Origin: Vermamoeba vermiformis
Taxonomy: Eukaryota
Direction: 5' to 3'
Length of the DNA: 64,000 nucleotides
NCBI GenBank assembly: GCA_045837725.1
Contig: JBEWZL010000175.1
Span: 62,001-126,000 of the forward strand
In this document: positions 39,031 to 52,614 of the stretch, piece after piece
Layout: each line of letters opens with the position of its first letter
Position numbering within the stretch: position 1 is the stretch's first letter
Made by a program: the position numbers and the translations under genes
Notes under the pieces: model-generated
The model's input: the letters and a program-made list of their open reading frames with translations, nothing else
Database searches by the model: none
Told to the model about the DNA's origin: nothing

Positions 39031-41483
39031 ATGCATACTCTTTGTGACAATAGTCGTGCGAATTGGCGGTTCCTGTGGCTGATTTTAGGAATCTGCTTGA
39101 TTCCATCCGCGGTTGGATTGAGCTTTGAAGGCGGAGTAGACACCGGAATTCGAGTTATTTATATTAATAAATTTGGATTTGAAAGCGGTGGATTTGTAGA
39201 TATGACAGTAACTTCGGATGTAAGCTGACAAAAATACAAAATTATTAATATTACGAAATTACGCATAAAATTTGATAATTTAAATTATGCTAACGATCAT
39301 AACTATTTAGTCGCCTATTAGCTTCGTTATTTTGGGTTGTGTAAGCCAGGACGTTGAAAAAGTATGTAAAAAATGACACAAGCGGATGTGGCTCGATCCA
39401 GTTCGTTTTACGCGCGCGAAATAATTTTGACAGCTTATTGAGTGTATAAAATTTTAAATAATATTGATAATATCGCGAGAGGATCCGGATTTGATCCCGA
39501 CGTAAACAAAAATCAATTTGATTTTTACGCTCAGTAATTAATTTATTATAATCATTAGAATGTGGCTGGATTTTGCGCGGTGAATTCATCGTGTCCATTT
39601 ACATGGGCAGTATTTAACGCCACAGCAGACGAAAGACTGAACATTAACGCTACAATTGCCGTGGACGACTTGATCTACTTTTATTTAATTAACTGTGACG
39701 GTATTTATGCCTCATTATACGTAAGTACTATGAATTACTAATAGTAATCGAACTGTATTCAACTGAAATTGAAACGGGACACGCGGGTCCATTCTATTTT
39801 TGGAAATTTAAGTCTCGCGCCCGCCTGCACGGCCAAACAATACGTTATAAAATATTTATATTGATAGTGATCAATACTAATATAGAGAGATATAAAGCTA
39901 TAATGCGGCACTTGACTAACATAATTCGTTTTTTATGGATCCTAATTATTATGGAGTTCTCTAATTTCATTTTCATTTGCAGTTTGAAGTGTTATTTATG
40001 AACCCCAATGGCGAGCAGCTGAGCACGGAATTTTTGCCGTTGCCTTATTTGTACATAGTCGCTGGAGGATTGTGGCTAATTGGAACAATTTTCTGGGTTG
40101 CCAACTGGTTGATTTATAACCAAGTAAGTAATTATTAAAATCATATATATCATATATATATCATATATTATATATGCTAATAAGCCATTTATGAAAGTAA
40201 ATTTGCGAGTGTAATATTTTAGTCCATGCGGATCGCTAACTTTTCGTTGCTTGAATTCAGAGAACAGTGCCGCTACACAAGACAATTACAGCGTTTCCAG
40301 TCACTAAGCTCATCTGGTGTGGTATAGCAGTATTATATTGGAAGACTCTGTCTATTGATGGTAAGTATCGTTCGTGCAACAGATCGGATCCGATGAACTT
40401 TCAAGGACTAATCTCGTCTAAATATAGGTAATATGTCTGATGGTGTACTTGCTGGCTATTACATTGTGCTCTGCATTAGCAAGATCGTGTTCTACGGCTG
40501 TTTATTGTTAATTTCATATGGCTGGTGCATCACACAAACGCGATTGGGCAGACAAAAGTTTATTATTCCACGTAAGTTCATTTCTTTATATTAATAGTAT
40601 CGTAATATAGTCTAATAATATACATAGTTGCTACATTGGCCGTTGCTGGAAGTTTATTATTAGGCAGCTTGTTAAACGGATATTTCTTGGTACGTACTTT
40701 GAGATCCGTTGTTATAGCTCGTATTAATCGTATTATTGGCAGCTTATCTCCTTCGTCATGTATGTGCTGGTTTTAGTCTTGGTATTTAGAGGCACGAACA
40801 GAAACGTTCGTGTACTCGAAGCACAGATCGCGAATCCGGACCACGATCCAGCTGCTCATTTCAAGTTGAGAACGTTCAGGTATGAATTCGTTAAATATCA
40901 GTATCAAACCCATTATATTAACAAATTGCACAGAATATTGAAGATATTGATGCTGGCTTACATTGGCTTTATTTTATGCGTAAGTTTGGACGAGTTAGAT
41001 CTGTGACGGAAAACGGAACTGTACATCAAAATATCATATTAACCTTACGTAATTTAGAGCGTTATGTTAGATGTACTATTTTTGGCTAATTACAAGTGGG
41101 TGGTTCAAGTTCTGGATGAGACTCTAGAACTCGTCATGTTTATAGTTATTGGGTACGTAATGAAGGCCTTAATTATCCAAATAAGACATATTACCTTGTT
41201 TAAATATATACTAACGCATATCTATAATAGGTGGCTGTTCAGATTAAGTCGAGACAATACTTTGTACTTCAAGATCAAGGTCGTTCGAAACATTACTGAC
41301 AAGGAGCGCGAGGTATGAAACTAGCAATAATAATAGAAATAACAGTAATATTAACATATAAAACGATAGGTCATTGAGAAATACACTAAAGAAGCCTTTG
41401 ACGATGACGACGTGGAAGTCGAAGATGATCTGGTCGTTACAAGTCCCTCGCAAACTAAACTGCGCGAATCATTTCCGTATTAG
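39031..41483 (+). CDS. GPR107/GPR108/TMEM87-like (lung 7TM / GOST family) membrane protein
   Basis: Signal peptide, KFGFESGG, FMNPNGEQLSTEFLPLPYLY, LLLISYGW, YKWVVQVLDETLEL, WLFR, acidic tail. Confidence 0.8.
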
Positions 41484-41750
41484 TCATAATGAGTACAGTT
41501 AATGCTTGTAAATAGATGTGTTGAAAGTAAATTAGGAAACAAAAACTAAGAAAAGTTTCAAGACTACTGGTTAAGGTTCAACTTCCTGTATATGGCTATA
41601 TTTAAGTAAGTACAAGTTTTGTGTCAAACGGAAGCGGATCCGCTTTGGAACCCGAAATTTCTAATTCGGGGCCGGGATTCGGCTTGAAAATTTTAGTTTG
41701 AACTCAGCTTAATTCTTTTTCTAACCAAAAAGTATTAACAATTAGCACAC

Positions 41751-44053
41751 ATGGACACAGATGTGCGTGAAGAACAAATAATAGCGGCGCTTGAAACGAT
41801 TGATTCGGGCACAACGCCCATTGAAGAGAAAGTTTGGGCGGTGAAAGATCTATGGGACTATTCTTGTCAAACTGGTATTAAAAATATTTATAAAAATATA
41901 TAATTATTATGCGGACATATTATTCAATGAAATACTTGTTGTTAGTCCGAGTAAATTTCGGATGTCCGACGGAAATCGTCAGAAAAATATTCTAGTTGGC
42001 TTTAAAATTGTACAATAATATTAATATAATTTATATAGCGGGTAGTGCCGTATTAATCGGATCTATGGCCCTGAAAAAAATTATTAGCTTGTGCAATCAC
42101 GATGCTAAAATGATGCGTGTTGCTTCTCTGCATTGTTTATGGAACTTAAGCGCATATGAAGAAAATAAAGGTAATATTATATTATTAAATAAGTCTTTAA
42201 CAACAATTTGGTTACACGAACCAGATCGAATTATTTTGGATTCACGTTCTGATCTCCGTTTTAGGCAAGGTTGTAGAAGAAGGAGCATTGCCTATAATAT
42301 TGCCGCTTATTCAAAACCCTAACGGCGTCGATAGTGATACATTAAACGCTGTCTCAGCAATTCTGCAAAATGTCTCCGAATCCAAATTCAGATCGGGTAC
42401 GTTCCTGAAAGGCCAGTTAAAGAACGATAGTCTAATATATTATTGTGTATATTAGGAGCATCCAATAAGCATCAAGTTCGAATAGTTCAAGAAGGTGTTG
42501 TGGATGCGGTAGTCAATTTAATCAAATCCGTTGAACTTTTCCCGGGCATTCAATGGCGATTGTGTTTATTGCTTGCAAATTTAACTATGCATCGTAAGTA
42601 TGATATATAATTATATATCATCCTATTAACTATTGATGTAGCGCAAAATATTGAAAAAATTAGTTCGGTCGGAGCGTTAAAATTAATAAGCGAGTTTATT
42701 ATGACAATTGGACCTGAGTTATGGCAAGATGTACGTGATTAAATTTAATTCTTAAAAAGTGATCTAAGTTATATAACTCTAAATTCACATAGGACGATAG
42801 TTTTGCGAGCTGGTTAGGACTTCAACCTTTTGTACCGTTATTACAGTCACGTAAGTCATAGTATATATAATAAAGATATATAATATAATTATTAAAATAT
42901 GAAATACTTACTAATGTATAATTATAGCGATATTAGAAGTAAAATTAATGGGCGCATTTAGTCTGGCCAGATTCACTGAAGAAAGTACGTATAATAACTC
43001 ATTATAATAGCTTACTATATACAATTAATGCTATAATTAGGACAATATCATTCAAAATTCTGGCGAGATACGTCGCTGAACGGAGGAATGGATCCGATTT
43101 TTCAACTTATAAAATTGGCGTACAGATCTGAAGAAGAATATGAAGTTAATCTCGTTAAATTAATTAGGAAGTACGCTAAAATGATTATCAAAAGCGTAGG
43201 ATTGCAAAGTAAGTGGTTTTCAAGACCGATTATGATGGAATCCAGATCTGATCCGGATTCACTTTCACTGAAAACCGATCAATAATCTCACGTGATTTTC
43301 ATTTGCAGTTGATAAGGAAGCAGTTGTTATCAAAGAAAGTACGATGACGAAGGATTACAGACAATTGTTTTTGTCGGGCAAAGGCGCAGATGTGCATATA
43401 ATCATGGACACGCATTGCATTCCGTGCCACAAATCAATTTTAATGGCGCGCTGTGAGTACTGGAAGGCAAGATTTGACGTCACGTGGGACAAATCGAGCA
43501 GTACAGCGCCAATTACAGATGGAATTCAAGTCGTGAAAATTGATGACTTGGAGTACGCTGCTGTTAAAATCGCTTTGGAGTTTATTTATTGCGACTTTGT
43601 GCAATTGTCGTGGGAGAATGCCGTGGATGTGTTGGGTACGTTACAAATGACATTTTTGACACTTTTGACACTTTTGACACGCAAGAAATTTTCACCAAGT
43701 ATAGTCATAGTGGATACTATTCTAATCCATATGGATGTTTATTATAGAGGTGTCTGATCGATTTGGTCTCGAGAGATTGAAGCACATGTGTGAAGACGTG
43801 ATCCGACAGGCAATTGACGTGGAAAGTGCAGAACGATTGTTATTGCTTGCTGATCGATATTCAGGTACACATATTAAATTTCCTATTTAGGAAGTCAGAA
43901 CGATCATTACTAATGTTATTAATAGCGAAACAATTGTTCCAAGCCGCGGTGAAGTTCGTGTCAGAACATTACAAAGAAGTCGCACAACAGCCGCACAGCA
44001 CTTTAGAGGCACTGCCGCAACATATTAAGGATCAATTGAAGATACCTAAATAA
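41751..44053 (+). CDS. Armadillo-repeat + C-terminal BTB/POZ protein
   Basis: ARM-like SLHCLWNLSAYEENK, KVVEEGALPII, RIVQEGVVDAVV. BTB ADVHII..IPCHKSILMARCEYWKARF..ALEFIYCD..DRFGLERLKHMCE. Confidence 0.85.
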
Positions 44054-44298
44054 CGACATTACGCCACCATATTGTATATATCCTTTGCTGTGAATAGATC
44101 TGACGGTTTTTGCTGGATTTCGCGCCAAACATTTTTTCGGCCGAATTGTGACACATAACACCGATAAAATTGACAGGTTGATCTTTTATAGTTCAAATTA
44201 TATTATCCTAATAGGAGCAACAAGTCAGTTACTATTTGGCACAGATACTAACTTACGTTATCCGTGAACCGAAAAATCAGCTGATCTGAAACAATGCG

Positions 44299-46474
44299 AT
44301 GATGAATCGAAAGAATTTATTTGAATTTATTCTGATTGTAATAGGAGTAAGTTAAAATAATTACTAATTATAACCGAATATAATCGACAATAATTGCACT
44401 AATTTGGTCCAACATCCACGACGCTTTTTAGACGACAATAATTAATTAAATAACGGATTTTAATTCGTGACATAGCAGTTTATAATATGATTATACTGCG
44501 ATATTGCTCTAATTTCCAACCTATTGATGCAGATCTTTTATTTCATCCAATTATCCGACGCGCGAGTGACAGTATTCAACGCGAATATAAATGGATCAAT
44601 AGCCGAGTTATATCCTACACCTGAAATGGCCTATGGACTACGAAATTTTTCAATTCGAAGCCAAGCAATTGAAGTACTGGATCCGGCCGATGGTTGCGCG
44701 CCAATTAAAGACGATATTAAAGGCAAAATAGCGATTATACAGTACAATGGAGATATGTGCTATCCAGATATTATAATGCAGAATATATTGGACGCGGGCG
44801 CTTCGGTAGGAATCGACATTTCGGATCGCGGTTAGAAAATCCCCGCAATCTCCAAGATAATGATAGTATCGATTGAATTAATTATAATATTAAAATATTA
44901 CTTTAGGGGCTAATAATGAGCCGGAAAAGATATTCCTCCCTGTCCTACATAACCAGCTCATTTATGTACGATCCAATTCCCTTGGCGGCGGTTAATATGC
45001 CAGTAGAGGTAAGCCTATTCATCTTAATAACAATAATAAATTAAGATACTATTGTGCGTCTAATTATGGCAGAATCTTTCAGTTAAATTGTTTTCGACCT
45101 AGTGCTATAGTCGCACATCCGGTCACTTGCCTAATTAGGAATTAATTAATATGTCAATCCAGATTTCAATCTCTACGTGGATCTGGTTAGTCGAGGCACC
45201 TTCTGGTTCTTACAAGTGTTTTTATGCTTATTGAGCGTATTGGCTTTAATCTACGCCATCTACAAGCTGACCTTTTACGTGCGAGTCTACGGCCATCAAT
45301 TCTCCGTCACTCAAGTCTGTTTGTCCATGCACATCATTTCTGCATTCGGTACGTATATGCAAATAGTATAATAATGCATGTGAACTTCGTTTTGTTAATC
45401 GCAAATCGAGATCCATACATAGACTAATCGAAATTTCTTTACAAACGTAATTTGAATCAAATTTGCTATTTTAAGCAAAAATGGCTTAACAACAGTTATT
45501 AAGAGAGAATTAACCTCGATTGTTGTGTTCTAGGCACGTTCTTCATGTCCGTGACAGCCTTATTCGACGTGTACATCACACCTATGCCCGATGCATTAGT
45601 ATCAGCGATCAACGTGTTTGGACCAGCGTACATGGTCACTGCAACTGTGCTCGTTGGGTGCTTCTGGTACGTACATTAGTACAAACGCAAGAGATTTACG
45701 GGGACCTCAAAGTGTCAAAGTGTCAAAGTGTCAACCGAACTAACACGCTTGATTATAGGTCAGGAGTAGTGTTTCATAAGCAAAAGAGAAGATTTTGGAA
45801 TAAGAGATTGTTTGCTGGTGTGCTGACTGGATTGACGGTAAGGAAATTTCCTCCGCGGCTATCCGACAGGTTTTTCTCATTATTTAAATTTTGTTCTCCA
45901 GGGCATTATTGTTTTATATGCTCTGTTTTCGTGGAAGTTACAAGAAGCAGCAACACCAGTCTTAGCAATAATCATCGTAATAGCATTCGCGAGCGCCATT
46001 TACTTCATTGTAATGGGCAACAAGTTGATCGCTACTATCGTCAAAACTAAGGCTAAATTAAGACTAACGAGAGACACTGTGCCAAAACGAGTAAGTTTTC
46101 TGCTCATTGCACCATTTTTTTTTGCACCACGCGAGGGTTAGGGTTAGGTTTTGAAACCGGTACAAAACTAATCAAATTTTGTTCAGTTAGTTATTCTTGC
46201 CTCTTTAAACGGATTATCAGTCTTAGCATTCGTCATATCATCAGCACTCGTATTATCACCGTCTTATACTTGCTGCGAAGACAGTCGGGCAGCAATTATC
46301 GCGATGGTCGATTTTTGGACATTAATGTCGCTGTTCTTGCAAATAAGCATGTTTAAATCTATCAAGGGCAAGTCCAGCACGTATCAACTTTCAACTTCGA
46401 ACAATTCTCAGCGACAAGGCTCAAAGTCCGCACTGGCGCAATTGCATCAATCGATGAACAGCGGAACAGCGTAA
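44299..46474 (+). CDS. PA (protease-associated) domain + ~7TM membrane protein, paralogue 1
   Basis: Signal-like exon; PA-like DPADGCAPIKDDIKGKIAII..CYPDIIMQNILDAGAS; TM series beginning FWFLQVFLCLLSVLALIYAIYKL..FSVTQVCL; S-rich cytosolic tail. Confidence 0.65.
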
Positions 46475-46695
46475 TTATGAAACTTGTAAATGTAACCGTA
46501 AATAACTACACGAATCTCAAGTTGACAACTCTTCAATGCTAACATTTTTCAACTTTGTACAGATCGATTGTTGGTACGACATACGCGAATAGTATTGTAT
46601 TTTTTCGATTCTTCAGCGTAATAAATAACAAGCTTGGATACAGAATAACTGCTTTATAATGCTATACTGTTGATTCGATACATAATGCTAGTTTG

Positions 46696-47905
46696 TTAAA
46701 AACAACTCCAGTGATGTTCATTCTTCAACACCTCGTGTTCAGCGAGTGACGCCAATCCTACCTCGACTAGAAATATCTTAAAATCCCGCACAGTACAGAA
46801 TCCAATGTTCAATAACAACGCCTTGCACCTCTCAACTTCACTTAGTGGTGCTCCGATCTCAGCAATTTTGGTCTCTGCAAATGGAAACTTTCGCGCGATC
46901 TCCTCCCACTTTCCAGGAAATTTCGCTATTTCCTCCACAATTACGTTCTGGCCTCGTAGCATTTGAAGCTGCAAAATCCTCTCGCGAGGAGGCCGATCTC
47001 GAGTTAAGCTTTTGCGGTCAAGAGTAATCATCGCTCCTACAAGCCCAGGTTAGGCACGTCATTGCTGCTTGAAACACTGGTATCTTACCTTCGAATGTGT
47101 ACAAGACTGAGCCAATCCAAACTCCGTTTATGTTGAAAACTGGCGTGCCTTTGGGAAGAGTAGCGCTTGACAAAATATTCGGCATTTCTTCGTCGAATTG
47201 GATCTTGCCCTCTTGAATGCACGGACCATTCTCGCCAGGCACAAGCATCATAACATCTTCTCCTTCTGTCAATGTATACTTATATGCAATGCGTGGTTTC
47301 GGATGTGAGCGGATCAGGCCACCGTTGATCTTCATCACTGAGAAGTTGTAGATTGACCTGACCTCGCAATTGAGTTCAATTCGGTTTCCTTCGACCATAA
47401 TAAAGAATTTTTCGTCTTTTATCGGTGTGCGTATTAGTGTCCAAGCGGTAACTACCACATCTGCAAAAATAAATCCGGTTCCCACTAATTCATTCTTCCG
47501 ATAAATATATGTTAAATTGGAGCCCTAGTTTGAATTATTAATGAGTTTAATTAAGCGGTTATTGCGCTTACATAAGCCAGCGGCGACGTTATGAATTTTT
47601 CGCAACAAAGAACCGCTAAACTGTCGCTGTAAACAAAATTAATTGTCTAAATCATTTTACGATGATAAATAAAATTAATATATTCCTTATAATAGATTAT
47701 TCAGAGGAAAAGACAGATCTGCTTCGCACCTTAGTGCGCGCGTTTCCTCCAATTCCATTCCTAGAACGAGCTGAGTTAATCTAGTCCATAAAATTAGGCG
47801 ATAGTAGCTACTTTTGAAGGATTGATTTTCCGCCCACGTGCTAACCTGCGAATTTCTTCCTTTGTCGGCATCAAAATCATGATTTTGCGGAAGCCAGTTT
47901 TCCAT
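46696..47905 (-). CDS. Inactive trypsin-like peptidase domain fused to a Death-like domain (+1 error at ~47045 splits the ORF)
   Basis: VGTGFIFADVVVTAW..YNFSVMKI..PKGTPVFNINGVWIG, then IAKFPGKWEEIARKFPFAETKIAEI..ERCKALL..TVRDFKIFLVEVGLASLAE. Confidence 0.55.
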
Positions 47906-48117
47906 CGAATTATTACTGTGAGTGGTTTACGGTCGGTTGATAATGGCAAAAATGACAAAAATTGTAAATTCGTTTTTGTACGAACAAAAATAATTCCGTA
48001 ACTTTTCGATTTACTAAAACTGGTAATGTGACCATACAAAATTTCGGATCTTATTGAAGCAGCGAAATTTTTTGCCATAATGTAGTTTTATGTAATTATC
48101 AGAAATAATTTTAAATA

Positions 48118-50908
48118 TTAATCTCGCTCGCGGTTGTTGGTATTATTATTATTATCGTCCTCCATATTATTCTCACCATCTTCATCGTCCTCTTCTTCAA
48201 CCCATTCAATGCCCTCACCCTCTTCCATATCTTCATCTTCATCGTCTTCTTCATCATCTTCGCCGTTCTCTTCTTCGTCGTCATAGTCTTCTTCGTTCAT
48301 CGTCGATGGATCTTCCCAGTACATGCCAGCAAAGTCAATACGAGGGCCTATGGTAATTATAATTATTAATAAGCATATCAATGTATATGTGTATTTCTGA
48401 GTCGCCAAGAAGCGTTTCGAGGTAAGATCCGGCAGCCAAAACGCGAATCCAAAAAAGGAAATTTTATCGGACTTACGTGTCGCTTCGCAAGTGATGAACT
48501 TCACAAATCGCATGCACAACTCGTCTCTGTATACTAAACTCAAAGAGTTCTTCGTCGGAACGATCGTCAACAACTCTTCCTACAAAAAAGTAGATTTAGC
48601 ATCCGTTACAAAAATGTATGCGGAAAAGCGATAACCGTATTAAAATATCTATACTAACCTCTTCAGACATATATGTAACAAATCCACCCCACTCTTCTTC
48701 GAGGTCAGTAAAGCTGTAGAAGAAATCGAGCGCGCGATCCTTTTCAACGTAATCTTGCGCCAAAGTGTAATGGCCTTTTCGCGGCACAAAACGGCTAAAA
48801 ATATTCGTATTAATAACATATTATATTAATATATAGTTAAAATAGCCTATGTACCGCAATTCAGTGAAGTTCGATTCCAACGTTAGACCGGTGATGTCCT
48901 TCAAGAAATTTCCAAACTCTTGCGAGCTAAATATAGGATTAGTATGAATTACCATAAAAGGCAAGTCGAGTACACGTACCGCATAAGTTTTTTGACCTCT
49001 CCTAAAATACCCGACTCATTATCTTGCTCGCGACCCAGCGAGTCATATTGTCGCCTAAAATTAGTATCAGCACATCATATTATTACCAAATATAGTAATA
49101 TCAATAAATCACGTGCCTGTTAGCCGGACCAATAGTTTTCCAAGGCAATTCAGTTTCGAGAACTTTTTCCATGGCTTCAAATTTGTCGGCCACAAAGAAA
49201 TTCTACAAATTATACGTTAGTGTTTAATACAATACTAGAGGCATATTATATGCTTACGTGAAGATTAATCGAGTTATTTCGAGCAAATGTTTTGTTAATT
49301 TTGACGCGCATTTCGGGCTTGAAGTAATCAGGGTTGATCCACTCTTCGAGCTTCAGAGAGTCATCTGTAAACAATATTCTAAGCCAAGAGTATAATAATA
49401 TGTATATTATACCACAATGATATTATATTGAACAATTATCGCAAATTAAGTCAAAAAAATTATGTCCGGATCAAACCGCAAAAAAATTGGATCCGGCGGA
49501 GTGGTAATATGCATCATATTGGCTGCATCCTAATATATAATCAATTACTTACTCTTTTCAAACTTAATTTTGTTCAAGGCAGGCTCGTAGTAAGGAGGAG
49601 GTCTCACAATATTTTCACCGTGGAACCAGCCAGAAATCGACAACCGATCTTTATCGGAGAACACTTCCGAGACTTGGTGGTGGCTGTCTGGCGTTACCTC
49701 GAAGAACACAAACGAGTTGCGTACGGGTACGATTGACTTGACGATATCTGCGGGCTGAGAATTCTTGTCCAAGTTGTACAGATCCAACGTGCCTAAATTA
49801 ATCCAAAAAACCATTAGAATACCAAAAATATAGAAACTAAAAACTCAAGAAAAATCATAAAATCAGATCGCTTAATGATTAGTCAAGTATTATAAGGTTG
49901 AATCGCCGCCCTTTAAAATTCAAATAAATTTTTGTAACTGATGCGATCCCGATCTGGCGAACGCTATTCTTTTTCATTTAATATTATGCGATATGCTATA
50001 TGATATCAAATGCAATTAATAGTATTATTTACCTCCGTCCTCTTGATTCCAATCTTCAGGCACTAAATACAAAATGTAGGCGATTCTTCGGCCTTCCAGC
50101 TCGTCATCATGGCACAACAATTGATTGCCTATATTAATTTAGTATACATGCGTTGTTATAGCAGGTTATAATATGCACAATTACCTTTGCTATAAACAGC
50201 GGCAGACATATCAATAGTGTCGTTCAATTTAATGCCAGTAATGCCCTCGAGGAAATTTCTGAACTCTTGGCTGTACAGTGCTTTGCGCAGTTTGTTAACA
50301 TTGACCTATATTCAATAACAATATTAACAATAATGCTAATAAAATAATTTGATCTTAATGGTGTCGCTCTTCGATCGAACAACAAGTTGGAGTTAAGCGG
50401 GAAAGTATATTAAAATACTAATAATATTAAGCTTACTCGCTTCATTTTCTTGAGATCGTTGGTTTGCATGAAGGTGTACAAGTCGTTAACTTTCGGATAC
50501 CACTTCTCAGCTTCAAGATCCGTTTGGACTAGGCGAGAATATGATTAATAATACGTTATAAAAATTTATAATTGTTTAAATAGACTGATACACAAATATT
50601 AATTTGCAGTTTCATGAATACAAGGATCAGATCGGATCCAAATAATTCATTAAAATAATTAGAAAAATATCTGTGTGCTATTTTTCGTGTTATTTACCTT
50701 TGTCAAGAAATTCAGCGTCCATAAACTCCTTTAATTGAATATGAGAAAAAGGTTGGTTCGCTTTGAACTGATCGCGAAGCTTGGTGCCATTATCGCTGCC
50801 CAAATAAGTGGTTTTAATTATAGTAGCTGGATCTACGGGTTCGTCGGGCACTATATTCTTTGGTTTCTTAGCTACTCGCTTCTTTGTTGCTCCTGCAGCG
50901 CGTTTCAT
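48118..50908 (-). CDS. OGFOD1: Ribosomal prolyl hydroxylase OGFOD1/Tpa1
   Basis: [79 protein letters not shown], second domain [26 protein letters not shown], acidic tail. Confidence 0.93.
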
Positions 50909-51240
50909 CTTCTGGATCTGATATCAAAAATCGTTTAGAACGGTCGAATAGTTAATATTATGATATTAAATCAATAATCGGACTCCAGGTAATTATTTCA
51001 ATATTTTACAACGCGATCCTGAAAAACTGAAAATAGATGCAGCCGATCGTTTCACGAAAGGTGAACAACGCATCTACTAACAGTCTAAGGGCTTGCTTAC
51101 ACTTACTATGACTTAGTACTAGAATTGATGGTGGTTTTTGACGCCAGCAACAAAAAATGAAGGTTCGCGATAATTTTTTGTTTTTTGATCCCGCAGTATC
51201 TTTCACCACAGTTAGCCGATAATACTGCTTGCATTCCAAT

Positions 51241-52614
51241 ATGGATAAATTAAAGAAATCTAAAGCTTATCAAGCCTTCCAAAGGCAAATACCGCTGACT
51301 ATTTCGACAGTAATTTTTTGCGTAAGTAACTTATCAGATGTGCTCTACATCGAGTATTTAATTTAATATTGTTATGAGCATACTATTCAATATTAATGGC
51401 GTTGTTATAATGCAATTCGATTGGTATTAACCGTCACGAACACAGATTTCCTTCGGAATTTATCTTGGAGGAATTGCTAAATATATTGAAGGCTGCGATT
51501 TATTTGGCTGGCCCGAGGTAAGTTTAAATATGAATATTACCACAATTATTATATTATTTTAATTTTTCGGCGTTGTTGATGATTCTGTCATACCTGTATG
51601 AGGAGTAAAATTTGTAAAATCCATGTAATTTGCAAGATGACAATGTGTCACGTAATATCTATTCTATTATAGTCATGCCCTCCTTATAATTACGTATAAT
51701 ACTTTTTTTTTTGCAAAATTGCGCTAATCCGCGCTCTAAAAACAGAATCTTTTCTCCGTAACATCAGATTTAGATAAAAACACGTACAAATAGCATTAAT
51801 ATGTTAATATTATACTAACATACTTCTTATCATGATTACAGGACCGTTCATTCGTCAAAACGATTTACTATTTTACGCCTTTCATTAGCGCCTTTACTAT
51901 CATTGGAAATTTTGTTGCTTTACTAAAGGGCAACAAACAGCTGTTACTCGCGGTACGTACTTCAGATTTTTCGCCATTTTTAAACTATTTTGTGTAGCCA
52001 CATCCAAATTTTAAATTTCCTTTTACGGATATTCGTTGAATTACACCATGTTGAGTACTTACTTGTACATCAAATAGTACTACTTAGGAACATTTCCAAT
52101 ATAAAGTATCGCTTATACTGTGCTAACGATCTTTATCGATCTAGTTGCCAATGCTGAACGGAAGTTTGACAATATTGTACATAATCGTTATTTATGGCAC
52201 ATGGGAGCACTACACTAACAACGACGTATTAATCAACGAATGCGCTGGCTGGAGAACTGCTGAAAATCCGACTATTTATAATTAGTAAGTAGATGTGATC
52301 CGTTACACGGGCTTTATGCGAACTCTTTTGTCATTTCAACGCTTACTATACCATATTTAACTCTTCATACTACATAATTAGCCGGAATCTAATGTATTTT
52401 GAACTATAGTTGCGGCAAAGTAGTAAACGGACTTAGTATGGCGATCGCATCCTCCATTGTGAACGGCTTGCTTCATGTGGCGCTAGGAGTGCATATGTAC
52501 ATGCGCTACAGACAATTGAAGCAAGAAGAAGAACGCATCGCTCGTTCAATGCTCGCCAGCAACGCGCTCGAAGAAGACGATCTAACTTTGGGCGACGACG
52601 ATGACCCTATTTAA
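51241..52614 (+). CDS. Small four-TM membrane protein with acidic C-tail, 5 exons
   Basis: Exons join in frame: MDKLKKSKAYQ..STVIFC / ISFGIYLGG..WPE / DRSFVKTIYYFTPFISAF.. / LPMLNGSLTILYIIVIYG.. / CGKVVNGLSMAIASSIVNGLLHVALG. Confidence 0.6.

Noticed and set aside
41634-41648. Palindrome AAGCGGATCCGCTT upstream of the ARM-BTB gene
   Set aside because: Single short palindrome, best explained as another instance of the GATC motif family.
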